From an uncultured delta proteobacterium (GTDB lineage: Bacteria > Myxococcota > Myxococcia > Myxococcales > Myxococcaceae), in the NCBI GenBank assembly GCA_963713045.1, contig CAVQKE010000004.1, forward strand, positions 864,001 to 928,000: a stretch of DNA of 64,000 bases, written 5' to 3'. Position 1 is the first letter of the stretch, and each line of letters starts with the position of its first letter. The notes below the pieces were generated by a model, which saw nothing but the letters and a program-made list of their open reading frames with translations, had not been told where the DNA came from and did not search any database. The position numbers and the translations under genes were made by a program. Below, piece after piece: positions 34,501 to 42,450 of this stretch.

Positions 34501-36295
34501 CCCGGCAGCGGCCGGCCCGCTGGCCTTCTTCGACTACCCGGGCTCGGGATGGAACGTCAACACCGGGGCCAATCAGACGCTGCTGGAAGACACCATGGAC
34601 CCGACCGCCCCGGCCACCGCGCTGCAGACGATTGAGTTTCTCCTCAACGTCGGCGTGCCCCAGGGCGTCTTCCAGTATTTCTCCGACAACGTGACACCGA
34701 AGCTCAGCCGGGCCTCGGACATTTACCACTCGGTGCCGGCCATCGTGGACACCGCGTCCCAAAGTCAGAACTGGCCGATGGCCAGCGAATCCATTGCCTA
34801 CAAGGCATTCACCACCAACAACGCGGCGCGGTCCCGCAACATCTTCATTGGCGCCAATGACGGCATGCTGCACGCCATCACCGACGCCAAGAACGCCGAC
34901 GGCGGTGTCGAGCGTTGGGCCTACGTCCCGCCGGCACTGCTGCCAGCGCTGCCGAACATGCTCCAGGGCCACGTCTTCGGCGTCGACGGCAGTATGGGGG
35001 TCGCGGATGTGTGCTTCGGTGCAGGGTGCAACGACCCCAGTGGAAATGGCTGGAATACGTTGCTGGTTGGCTCGCTCCGCCAGGGCGGCAATGCGCTGTT
35101 CGCTTTGGACGTCACCAACCCAACCGCCCCGAAACACCTCTGGCAGGACTCAAGCTCAACCCAATTTGCCATGCCCCGCTTGGGCATGACCTACAGCGCC
35201 CCGGTCATCGGCCGGACCTCGCCGAACACGCTGGGGCCGACGTGGTCGGTCTTCGTCGGCGGTGGCGTGGCCCCGCATAGCACCGACGACTTCAACAGCA
35301 TGGACCCGTGGGGCAACGCTCTCTACGTCCTCAAAGCGCAAGACGGGACAGTCCTTTATGACGGCGCCACCTACGCGCGCTTCTGGGTGCCGGACGACCC
35401 CCTCGACCCGGCGAAGAACAACATCGCCGCCCGGCCCACGCTGTTCCGGCCCAGCGACGGTTCCATGGTGGACCGCGTCTTCTTCAACGACACCGAGGGC
35501 AAAATCTGGCGGGCGCAGGTCACCAGTCCGAGCATCGCCAACTGGTGGCCGTCGAGTCCAACGCCCTTCTTCGACCCGGCCTCCGTCACTGCGGCCTGCG
35601 AGCTCAACTCGACAGGCATCGTGACGCCCATTCTGAACGCGGCCACCGGCCTCCCGGTGAGCGCAGCGATTGCTGCATCGCCGACGACGGCCGCGCTCCC
35701 GATGACGCTTCCGCTGAGCATACCGCGCCCAATCATCTTCAACCGGCCGTCCATCGGCCTCGACGCTTCGGGCAACGTCGTCATCTACGTCGGAACCGGC
35801 GACAGCGACAACCCCAACAGCACGCCGACGCAGGACTACTTCTACGCGGTCACCGACTTGGACAACGGCACCTGTGCTCAACCGCTCTTCGTCCTCGCCT
35901 TCTCGCCGAGCGAAAAGGTGCTGTCGACGCCGGCCTTCATCGGCAACAACGTCATCTTGACGACGTACGTCCCGCCGGGGACCGGCCCCTCCGCCTGCAA
36001 CGATGCCGGCAAGGGCTTCATCTACTCATTCGACGCCTTCACCGGCCAGCCGACGGCAACGTTGCTCAACCCCATCACCAACACCTACGTCTCCAACATG
36101 GTGTTGCAGGTGAGAGACCAGAACGGAAACCTGCAGTCGAACTTGGGCATCCCCACCTCCCCCATCGTGGTAAACCAGAATGGGACGCAGAGCATCATCG
36201 TTGGCAATGAGACCACTGGCGGCAACGTGTCGAGCCTCAAAACCAACGTGCCACCGATTCCCTTCAAGATGCAGGGTTGGCAGCGAATCCGATGA
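31538..36295 (+). CDS. pilY1: PilY1/PilC-family pilus tip adhesin with interrupted vWA domain
   Basis: Signal peptide (AEA|Q); vWA motifs DTSQS, TPL, LLLTDG, KTFVVGFG; propeller motifs GANDGMLHA, ERWAYVP, FGVDGS, LFALDVT, YVGTG; followed by four prepilins. Confidence 0.88.
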   Translation: MHNLSSRTRSVQLLMAFAFAAGLCLGVPTAEAQPLPTDTPGINSFYPPYLFIIFDTSQSMGYFPGDPNGYPGYLLQDWDPTTMTVIPNDPTCQSKFCLGKRALYVALPQYSSRINMGLGTYNQYYETAANPANFETTCTYDEIAYNDGSYGNAKTLFTADPSVIGDPAPNSTTVPGAPFTCTPGNSATSHTCERWANGTANAYSITTNQLGSPAYTTGSTLTPSSGLVYTYWKKSSVTVTVPLSTSGFGASCPVSVTGYTGGLFGCTAANPCDLNGGTTTQVVTGVVRTYGSSQGASVSFGGHTYNENGGQPASPTFTTSCGLASPYTGTGASCNGVIGGCTLTSAAPVTVDNAGSATVYYNNNTPGAGWVVASTSAQQFQYELTGLGEVCPPINTVISQTTGPAAWQYLATEKQSQDANWQTDPGCDTSLQHSCVWTMMSVNTVNLENPRTYCVFQRTNTTWETTTTTCTYTAKQWSYTYLPAPVPTCNLKQWTVYFGRPSYQYSYLLNNGDLVGATTYIWNGNNDAVPTPTAVTYSNGSFSNGDCPNLITNGGAAYPACNNGIECKLSWTSNLTIGGVSYPHGRWSQAGAGPFPYANPATIYPASDPPATLTSALWPPNPMLYGSNWLYGSGHGLQYSATLNASLYNPLLANPPPSQTNCATCSFTYSYLPPPYLQTQDVTSLITNNGLVWTNATSLAGNPTTNANLPPMPAVRTDGWSRESNGTPAVTWTAIAPNNATLGASPATNGPLLQMLSKYNAVTNPAGLRRPAYGDYTPLTGTMQSVDAYMRTVINTDPYAGCRGYYVLLLTDGEEQPANLGLNPVAPVQDMRSPAFGGTMMTSGGVPVDVKTFVVGFGLSSNQLNQMAQAGGTSVGPDGVTYSPTGTAFQAGDYTLLLDSLSAAFGNILSGYFTRSQPVANSVGDEVYIGYLKLLSNGREWQGYLDAVNPSVPGGTGTYPNTGSQLYWQYSTSINTQPSRTIYTMLGNPAAAGPLAFFDYPGSGWNVNTGANQTLLEDTMDPTAPATALQTIEFLLNVGVPQGVFQYFSDNVTPKLSRASDIYHSVPAIVDTASQSQNWPMASESIAYKAFTTNNAARSRNIFIGANDGMLHAITDAKNADGGVERWAYVPPALLPALPNMLQGHVFGVDGSMGVADVCFGAGCNDPSGNGWNTLLVGSLRQGGNALFALDVTNPTAPKHLWQDSSSTQFAMPRLGMTYSAPVIGRTSPNTLGPTWSVFVGGGVAPHSTDDFNSMDPWGNALYVLKAQDGTVLYDGATYARFWVPDDPLDPAKNNIAARPTLFRPSDGSMVDRVFFNDTEGKIWRAQVTSPSIANWWPSSPTPFFDPASVTAACELNSTGIVTPILNAATGLPVSAAIAASPTTAALPMTLPLSIPRPIIFNRPSIGLDASGNVVIYVGTGDSDNPNSTPTQDYFYAVTDLDNGTCAQPLFVLAFSPSEKVLSTPAFIGNNVILTTYVPPGTGPSACNDAGKGFIYSFDAFTGQPTATLLNPITNTYVSNMVLQVRDQNGNLQSNLGIPTSPIVVNQNGTQSIIVGNETTGGNVSSLKTNVPPIPFKMQGWQRIR

Positions 36296-36921
36296 GCCCA
36301 GCTCGACGCAACATGCAGGGCTTCACCATCGTCGAGATGTTGGTGGTGCTTGCCATCCTCGGCATCATGGCGGCGCTGGCCAGCACGTCGCTGGTGTCAC
36401 TCACCCGACAAGCACAGGCCAGCGGCGAGGCTCGACTCCTCGTCTACCGGCTTCAGGCGGCGCGGACCCTGGCCGTTTCGAAGGGCTGGCCCCAGGGCTA
36501 CTACGTTGGAGCCCCAGGGGATGCGAACCCTGTGCTGACCGCCCTTCCGTGGTGCACGGGTGCCGGCTGCGGTTTTGCCTGGCAGAACGTCGCCGCAACG
36601 CCGACGCCGCTGTACGCACAAGGCCAGGGGCAGGAGTTGTACCCTTTTGACTCGCTGCCCTACGTCTCCAACGGCATCGGCGGCGTTACCCAGCTGCTGG
36701 CGGTGACGGTCGACACCACCACCTGGGCTGGGGCAACCTCCTTCAGCATCGGGTTCGACCTGAACGGACTTCCCTCCATCACCCCGCCGCCCATCCCCAT
36801 GGTTTGGCCCATCTGTCTGGCGGTTCAAAACATCAGCGACCCGACGACGCTGCGTTGGGTCATCATCTTTTCCGACGGCACCACGCGCATCCAACAAATC
36901 AATGAAACCTACTGCGTCTAA
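36292..36921 (+). CDS. fimU: Minor pilin, FimU/FimT-like
   Basis: Class III signal MQG|FTIVEML with E5; LQAARTLAVS; ATGA overlap with pilY1. Confidence 0.78.
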   Translation: MSPARRNMQGFTIVEMLVVLAILGIMAALASTSLVSLTRQAQASGEARLLVYRLQAARTLAVSKGWPQGYYVGAPGDANPVLTALPWCTGAGCGFAWQNVAATPTPLYAQGQGQELYPFDSLPYVSNGIGGVTQLLAVTVDTTTWAGATSFSIGFDLNGLPSITPPPIPMVWPICLAVQNISDPTTLRWVIIFSDGTTRIQQINETYCV

Positions 36922-37405
36922 CAGCCACCGCCCGCGCGGCTTCACCGTTCTGGAAGCCCTCATCGCCGGGGCCATCTTCTTCGTGGCGCTGGTCGGCACG
37001 ACGCTGCTGGGCATTAGCTCCCAGGCCAACGCGGCGCGCAGCAATGCCTTTGCCTTTGGTTCCAGAGTGGCCACCCAGGAGATGGAGAAGTGGGCCATGC
37101 TCGGCTACACCGGCATCGGCAATTATTTCGACGGCGGTACCCTTCCCAATATCCCCCCCTACCCCATCACCGAGAACCCTGATGGCGGTGGGCGCTCCTA
37201 CCAAGTCCAAGTTCAGCTCATCAACAGCCGAGGCGCTCCTTCGGGGACCTTCGACAGCGGTCTGCCCATCCCGGCGCTGGGCGCGGCCGGCGTCGACGTG
37301 CCCTCTTATTTCATCCTCGTCACCGTCAGCTGGAACCAGCCCAATGGCTCCGTCCAGCAGGTCATTTCTCAAGGCACCTATGTCAGCCCATCGTCGACTT
37401 TCTAG
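36902..37405 (+). CDS. pilV: Minor pilin, PilV-like
   Basis: PRG|FTVLEAL with E5; ATQEME; VTVSW. Confidence 0.72.
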   Translation: MKPTASNSHRPRGFTVLEALIAGAIFFVALVGTTLLGISSQANAARSNAFAFGSRVATQEMEKWAMLGYTGIGNYFDGGTLPNIPPYPITENPDGGGRSYQVQVQLINSRGAPSGTFDSGLPIPALGAAGVDVPSYFILVTVSWNQPNGSVQQVISQGTYVSPSSTF

Positions 37406-38552
37406 CTCGACCCGCGGCTTCACGCTCATCGAGCTGCTCATCGCCAGCGCCGTGGGCGGGGTGATTCTGTTTGCAGCCCTGGCTGCCTTTGACTTGCAGC
37501 GGCAATTCTCTCGCAACACCGAGCAGCTGCTGGGAGCCGAAGCCTCGGCCAGTCTGGCGTTGACGATGATGCAGCGCGATTTGGAGAATGCCGGCTACCG
37601 CTTTCACGGCGGCCCCTCCATCCTCGGTGGCTACACCTGGGCAGTGGTGGTCCGGCCTTATGACAACCTCGGGGCCAACATTCTGCAGTTGAAGAACGAC
37701 CCGGCTGGAGCCACCACTCTGCTACCGGTTGGGCCGAACAACCCAGGCTTCGTTCCGCTGACAGATGCCTTCGAAGTGCTGTCGGGCTCCATCTCCAACC
37801 TCCCGAACCGCTTGGGCGCCCAAGTGCAAAGCACCATCGGTGCGGGCAACCTCATCACGGTAACCGTCTCGCCGGACCCCTTCAATCCGGCCGAAATCGC
37901 AGCGGCAAGCACCGCGGATGGCCCTCTGATGATGTTTTGGGCGCCTGGCGCCCACTGCATGGGGCGGGTGACAAGTTACGTCTCGCTCTCGGCGAACGCG
38001 GCCAAGGTGACGGTCAACGCCGTCGACCAAGACTTGGCCAACGCCGCCACCGCGTGGACGGCGGGGTGTCCCAGTGCGACCATGCGTGCTGAGCTGATGG
38101 GCGTCCGCCGTCGATACGTGGTCTACCAAACCATCGCCGGCGCCTCGGGCCCGTCGCAGATTGGCCTCTTCGTCCAAACCAACAACTGTGACCCGTTCAC
38201 CTATGATGCGGGCGCCTCATGCTCGGCCACTCTCGGCATCCCGAGGATGGTCTCCAACGGAGTCACCGACATGCAGATTGCCTGGCAAACCCCGGCAGAC
38301 GGCGGGTTCAACGGGTGGTGCCAGAACGGGTCGGGCGTCTGCGGATTCGACCAACCCGGAGGGTGGAACACGCTGGCCGCTGCCAGCATCTACGGCGCAC
38401 AGGTCTTCCTCGCCTCGGAAGGGCCCGAGCCCTACACGCGGCCCGGCATCGGGATTCCCCTCATGTTTAACCGGCCCCCGCAACCTGGGGACAACATCGT
38501 GCGGACCGTCATGCAGACCTCGCTCCTGTTCCGCAACCAGGTCACGCCATGA
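37380..38552 (+). CDS. pilW: Minor pilin, PilW-like
   Basis: TRG|FTLIELL; MQRDLENAGY; GVTDMQIAW; C-terminal RN motif. Confidence 0.78.
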   Translation: MSAHRRLSSSTRGFTLIELLIASAVGGVILFAALAAFDLQRQFSRNTEQLLGAEASASLALTMMQRDLENAGYRFHGGPSILGGYTWAVVVRPYDNLGANILQLKNDPAGATTLLPVGPNNPGFVPLTDAFEVLSGSISNLPNRLGAQVQSTIGAGNLITVTVSPDPFNPAEIAAASTADGPLMMFWAPGAHCMGRVTSYVSLSANAAKVTVNAVDQDLANAATAWTAGCPSATMRAELMGVRRRYVVYQTIAGASGPSQIGLFVQTNNCDPFTYDAGASCSATLGIPRMVSNGVTDMQIAWQTPADGGFNGWCQNGSGVCGFDQPGGWNTLAAASIYGAQVFLASEGPEPYTRPGIGIPLMFNRPPQPGDNIVRTVMQTSLLFRNQVTP

Positions 38553-39151
38553 GCCGCCAGCCACAGCGGGGCTACGTGTTGCTCATTGTGCTGGCCGCCG
38601 TGGCGGTCCTGTCGGTGGTCGCCGCCTTTGTGCACGCGGAGACCGAGGGCCAGCTGGTGTTGACATCGTCTCTCAAGGCCCAGTCGGTCGCCTCCTCCCG
38701 GGCGACCCTCGCCGCCGAGGCCTATCTCGCGAAATACCAGGCGAACTACCCGAGCAGCACCCTCGCCCTCTTGCCTTCCTTTGACACCTACATGGATGCC
38801 ATCGACGGCGGTCCGGGCTCGACCCTACCCGACGCGCTGACCGACTACTCCCCTAACTTCGGCACTCCAGCCCTCAACCTCCCGCTGACTTCGGGCGGAG
38901 GCGCCCAGTACTGCGTGGACGTCTGGCTTTTGAACCGCGGCGCCAACATCGCCCCCTGGACGGTCATCGAGGTGTTTGGCTATTACGGGTTTCGCCAAAG
39001 TGGCGCACTGACCACCTGCCTCGGCCTGGCCAACTCCGGGACGGTGGTGGTGTCGCAACTGGAAGTCCAAATTGAGGAAGACACGACGCCAGGCAACTCG
39101 CCAGGCGGTCCCGGTCCCGGAGGGGGCAGCGGCTCGGCCGGCGGTTACTGA
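38549..39151 (+). CDS. pilX: Minor pilin, PilX-like
   Basis: QRG|YVLLIVL lacks E5, as is typical of PilX/GspK; ATGA overlap with pilW. Confidence 0.7.
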   Translation: MSRQPQRGYVLLIVLAAVAVLSVVAAFVHAETEGQLVLTSSLKAQSVASSRATLAAEAYLAKYQANYPSSTLALLPSFDTYMDAIDGGPGSTLPDALTDYSPNFGTPALNLPLTSGGGAQYCVDVWLLNRGANIAPWTVIEVFGYYGFRQSGALTTCLGLANSGTVVVSQLEVQIEEDTTPGNSPGGPGPGGGSGSAGGY

Positions 39152-39187
39152 AGGGCTGCTGCGGCCGTGCTAGACGTCCCGGCCGCT

Positions 39188-39691
39188 ATGGCCGAGACAC
39201 TGCTGGACGTTCGCCACCTGCCCAAACCCGCCGCCTATGCCGCCTTGGACACCCAAGGGCGCGCCGTTCTCGAAGGCGTGACGGACGTGGTGGCAGCGAT
39301 GGCCACCTTCAGCGCGCTGCTGCACCACGGGCTCGGCCACCTGTGGACGGGCTTCTACCGCGTCGTCGAGCCCGGCCGAACTCTCCGCGTCGGCCCCTAC
39401 CAGGGGACGCTCGGCTGTCTGGACATCGCCTTTGGAAAGGGCGTGTGCGGCGTGGCGGCCGCCTCGGGCCGGACGTTGGTGGTGCCGGACGTCGAGAAGT
39501 TCCCCGGCCACATCAGCTGTGACGCCCGTTCCCGTTCGGAGATTGTCGTTCCGGTATTCGACGGGCGCCACACGCTGCTGGCTGTGCTGGACGTCGATTC
39601 GGCCCAACCCGGGGCCTTTGACTTCGAGGACCAGCGCGGGCTGGAGAAGATGATGGGGTGGTTTCAGCGCCCGAACCTTCAGCGGGCCTGA
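39188..39691 (+). CDS. msrC: GAF-fold free methionine-R-sulfoxide reductase (MsrC-like)
   Basis: WTGFY, GPYQGTLGC, GKGVCG, HISCDARSRSEIVVP, LDVDS. Confidence 0.82.
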   Translation: MAETLLDVRHLPKPAAYAALDTQGRAVLEGVTDVVAAMATFSALLHHGLGHLWTGFYRVVEPGRTLRVGPYQGTLGCLDIAFGKGVCGVAAASGRTLVVPDVEKFPGHISCDARSRSEIVVPVFDGRHTLLAVLDVDSAQPGAFDFEDQRGLEKMMGWFQRPNLQRA

Positions 39692-40371
39692 GCCATTCGC
39701 GAACGAATGCTGGCTTCCAGTCCGCGGACAACGTCGGACAGCGGAAGCGCCGTGGTATCCACCCGCACTGCATCCTCGGCCGCTTTGAGCGGAGAGATGG
39801 CACGGCTCGAATCATCGTGGTCGCGTTTGGTTTGCTCGGCCAGCACCTCGTCAAGGCTGCTCTCTGTTCCCCGCTGAAACAGCTCCTCGAATCGCCGCCG
39901 GGCCCGCACCACCGGGGAGGCCTGGAGGAAAAATTTGGCGTCTGCATCGGGAAAGACCACCGTGCCGATGTCCCGGCCTTCCAGAACGGCGCCCTGTGCG
40001 GCCTCCAGCGCGAGGCGCCGCTGAAGCTGAAGGAGTCGGTCGCGCACCACCGAACGGCTGGAGACTGCGGAGGCGGCCATCGACACCGCCGGCGTGCGAA
40101 TCTCCTCCGAGACGTCGCGCCCATTGAGAAAGACGTGGTTCTCCCCGTCCATCATCCGGAAGGCGATGTGGATGCGCCCGAGGAGAAGGGCGAGTTGCGG
40201 GTCGTCGTCGAGGGGGATGCCCTCCTCGGCCGCCTGCAGCGCCACGCAGCGGTAAATGGCGCCGGTGTCCACCAGCGCAAAGCCGAGTCGCCGCGCCAGG
40301 AGCCGCGAGACGGTGCTCTTCCCGGCGCCGGCCGGGCCGTCAATGGCGACAATGAAGGGCCGCTGGCTCAC
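39679..40371 (-). CDS. cmk: Cytidylate kinase
   Basis: IAIDGPAGAGKST-type P-loop, DTGAIYR, EGRDIGTVVFPDA; GTG start overlaps the hisC stop. Confidence 0.96.
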   Translation of the reverse strand: MSQRPFIVAIDGPAGAGKSTVSRLLARRLGFALVDTGAIYRCVALQAAEEGIPLDDDPQLALLLGRIHIAFRMMDGENHVFLNGRDVSEEIRTPAVSMAASAVSSRSVVRDRLLQLQRRLALEAAQGAVLEGRDIGTVVFPDADAKFFLQASPVVRARRRFEELFQRGTESSLDEVLAEQTKRDHDDSSRAISPLKAAEDAVRVDTTALPLSDVVRGLEASIRSRMAQAR

Positions 40372-41462
40372 CCTCGCAGCACCGCGCGCAGGGCGCTCAG
40401 CATTCGGCTGTTCCATTCAGGAAGCCCGAGCGAGATGCGCAACGCCTGGGGAAACCCATAGCCGGGCACCGGGCGAACGATGACGCCCTTGGCCAGCAGC
40501 GCCTCGGCCACCGGCCCCGCCGGGCGCCCCAGGTCGACGAAGACGAAGTTGCCATGGCTTTCGGGTACCCGCAGCCCCAACTCCAGCAATTCCCTCCGGA
40601 CGCGCGGGAGTTCTGACAAGTTGAGCTCCCGAGTGCGCTGAACGTGGTCGACATCCTCCAATGCCGCCAGCCCAGCGGCCTGGGCCAAGCTGCTGACGTT
40701 GAAAGGCATGCGGGTGCGGTGCAGATAACCGACCAGCTCCGGGCGCATCACGCCATAGCCGAGCCGCAGTCCGGCCAGCCCATAGGCCTTGCTGAAGGTG
40801 CGCAGCACGACCAGGTTCGGCCAGCGCGGGAGATAGTCGAGGCCGTTGGGGTACTCCGCCCAGTCCACAAACTCGAAGTACGCCTCGTCGAGGATGACCA
40901 GGCAGTCCTCTGGCACCTTTGGAAGAAATGCCTCGAGTTGGGCGCGCCCAAACGCCGTCCCAGTCGGGTTGTCCGGATTGGCTAGGAAAACCATCCGCGT
41001 GCCCGGCAACAGGGCCTCGGCCATCGCCGGCAAGTCGTAGCGAAAACCGGGCGCCATCGGCACCTCCCGGAAGCGCCGGCCGTGCGCCTGAAGCGAGACT
41101 TTGTACATGAGGAAGCTGCCCTGACAGAGGAGCGCTTCATCGTCCGGCGCCGTGAAGGTGCGAATAAGGAGTTCGATGACTTCGTTGGAGCCGCTACCGA
41201 CGAAAACCTGGGCCGGCTTGACGGCCAGAAACCGGGCGATGGCCTGGGTCAGCTCCCGGCTACTGCCCTCCGGATAGAGGTTTGCGTCGGCCGCAACCCG
41301 GCGCATCGCCTCGAGTGCCTTGGGGGAGGGTCCGAGCGGGTTTTCGTTGGACGCAAGCTTCACCACGTCCGGTAAGCCGGTCTCCCGGCGGGCGTCAGCC
41401 GAAGGCTTCCCCGGGACATAGGGCTTCAGACTTTCGACGTAAGGCTGAACGAGCGGTCGCAT
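40368..41462 (-). CDS. hisC: Histidinol-phosphate aminotransferase
   Basis: KLASNENPLG, GSGSNE, NPDNPTG, DEAY, RTFSKAYGLAGLRLG. Confidence 0.95.
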   Translation of the reverse strand: MRPLVQPYVESLKPYVPGKPSADARRETGLPDVVKLASNENPLGPSPKALEAMRRVAADANLYPEGSSRELTQAIARFLAVKPAQVFVGSGSNEVIELLIRTFTAPDDEALLCQGSFLMYKVSLQAHGRRFREVPMAPGFRYDLPAMAEALLPGTRMVFLANPDNPTGTAFGRAQLEAFLPKVPEDCLVILDEAYFEFVDWAEYPNGLDYLPRWPNLVVLRTFSKAYGLAGLRLGYGVMRPELVGYLHRTRMPFNVSSLAQAAGLAALEDVDHVQRTRELNLSELPRVRRELLELGLRVPESHGNFVFVDLGRPAGPVAEALLAKGVIVRPVPGYGFPQALRISLGLPEWNSRMLSALRAVLRG

Positions 41463-41479
41463 GGGGAGGCTTGCGGGGG

Positions 41480-42448
41480 TCAGCGTTTTCCGAAGACGCC
41501 CAGGGCGCGGAATTTGGCGTAGCGGTCCTCGACCAGCGCCTCGGGGGACAGCATCCGAAGGGCAGCCAGGTGCTTGCGGAGGACCCGCCCCAGGCTCTCC
41601 GCTGTCTCGCCCGGATTGCGGTGTGCCCCGCCGGGGGGCTCCGGCACCAGTTCATCCACCACCTTCATCTGGTACAGGTCGCGGGCGGTCAGCCGCAGGG
41701 AGTCCGCCGCCTTCTCCGCCTTGCTGGTGTCGCGGTAGAGAATGGTGGAACACGACTCGGGGCTGATGACCGAGTAGATGCTGTTCTCCAGCATCAAGAC
41801 ACGGTTGGCCACGGCGATGGCCAACGCCCCGCCCGAGCCACCCTCGCCAATGACGGTGCTGACCACCGGGACGGTGAGCCCAGCCATCGCCTCCAGGTTG
41901 ACGGCGATGGCCTCGGCCTGTCCTCGTTCCTCGGCGCCGATGCCGGGATAGGCCCCCGGCGTGTCGACGAAAGTCAGGATGGGCTTTTGGAAGCGCTCGG
42001 CCAGGCGCATCAAGCGCAACGCCTTGCGGTACCCTTCCGGACGAGGCATTCCGAAGTTCCGCAGCATGTTTTCCTTGGTGTTGCGGCCCTTCTGGTGCCC
42101 AAGAAGCAGCACCGTCTCACCGTCCAGCCGAGCCCAGCCGCCGACGATGGAGGCGTCGTCGGCAAAGCGACGGTCCCCAGCCAACTCGAAGAAGTCCGTG
42201 AAGACGCGCTCCACGTAGTCCAGGAAGTAGGGCCGGCCCGGGTGTCGGGAGAGCTGGGTGACCTGCCAGCGAGAGAGGTCGGAAAAAATCTCCGATTGCA
42301 GACGCCGCGCCTTCTTTTCCAGGCGCGAAATCTCCTGTCCGAAGTCGGTGGCCCCGGAACCAGAGAGGGTCTTGAGTTCCTCGATTTTCCGTTCTAGGTC
42401 CAGCAACGGGCGCTCGAAGTCGAGCGCAAACGAGGGCAGCTGCGCCAT
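41480..42448 (-). CDS. accA: Acetyl-CoA carboxylase carboxyltransferase alpha subunit
   Basis: LDFERPL, RHPGRP, FGMPRPEGYRKA, DTPGAYPG, GEGGSGGA, YSVISPE. Confidence 0.97.
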   Translation of the reverse strand: MAQLPSFALDFERPLLDLERKIEELKTLSGSGATDFGQEISRLEKKARRLQSEIFSDLSRWQVTQLSRHPGRPYFLDYVERVFTDFFELAGDRRFADDASIVGGWARLDGETVLLLGHQKGRNTKENMLRNFGMPRPEGYRKALRLMRLAERFQKPILTFVDTPGAYPGIGAEERGQAEAIAVNLEAMAGLTVPVVSTVIGEGGSGGALAIAVANRVLMLENSIYSVISPESCSTILYRDTSKAEKAADSLRLTARDLYQMKVVDELVPEPPGGAHRNPGETAESLGRVLRKHLAALRMLSPEALVEDRYAKFRALGVFGKR

Positions 42449-42450
42449 CC

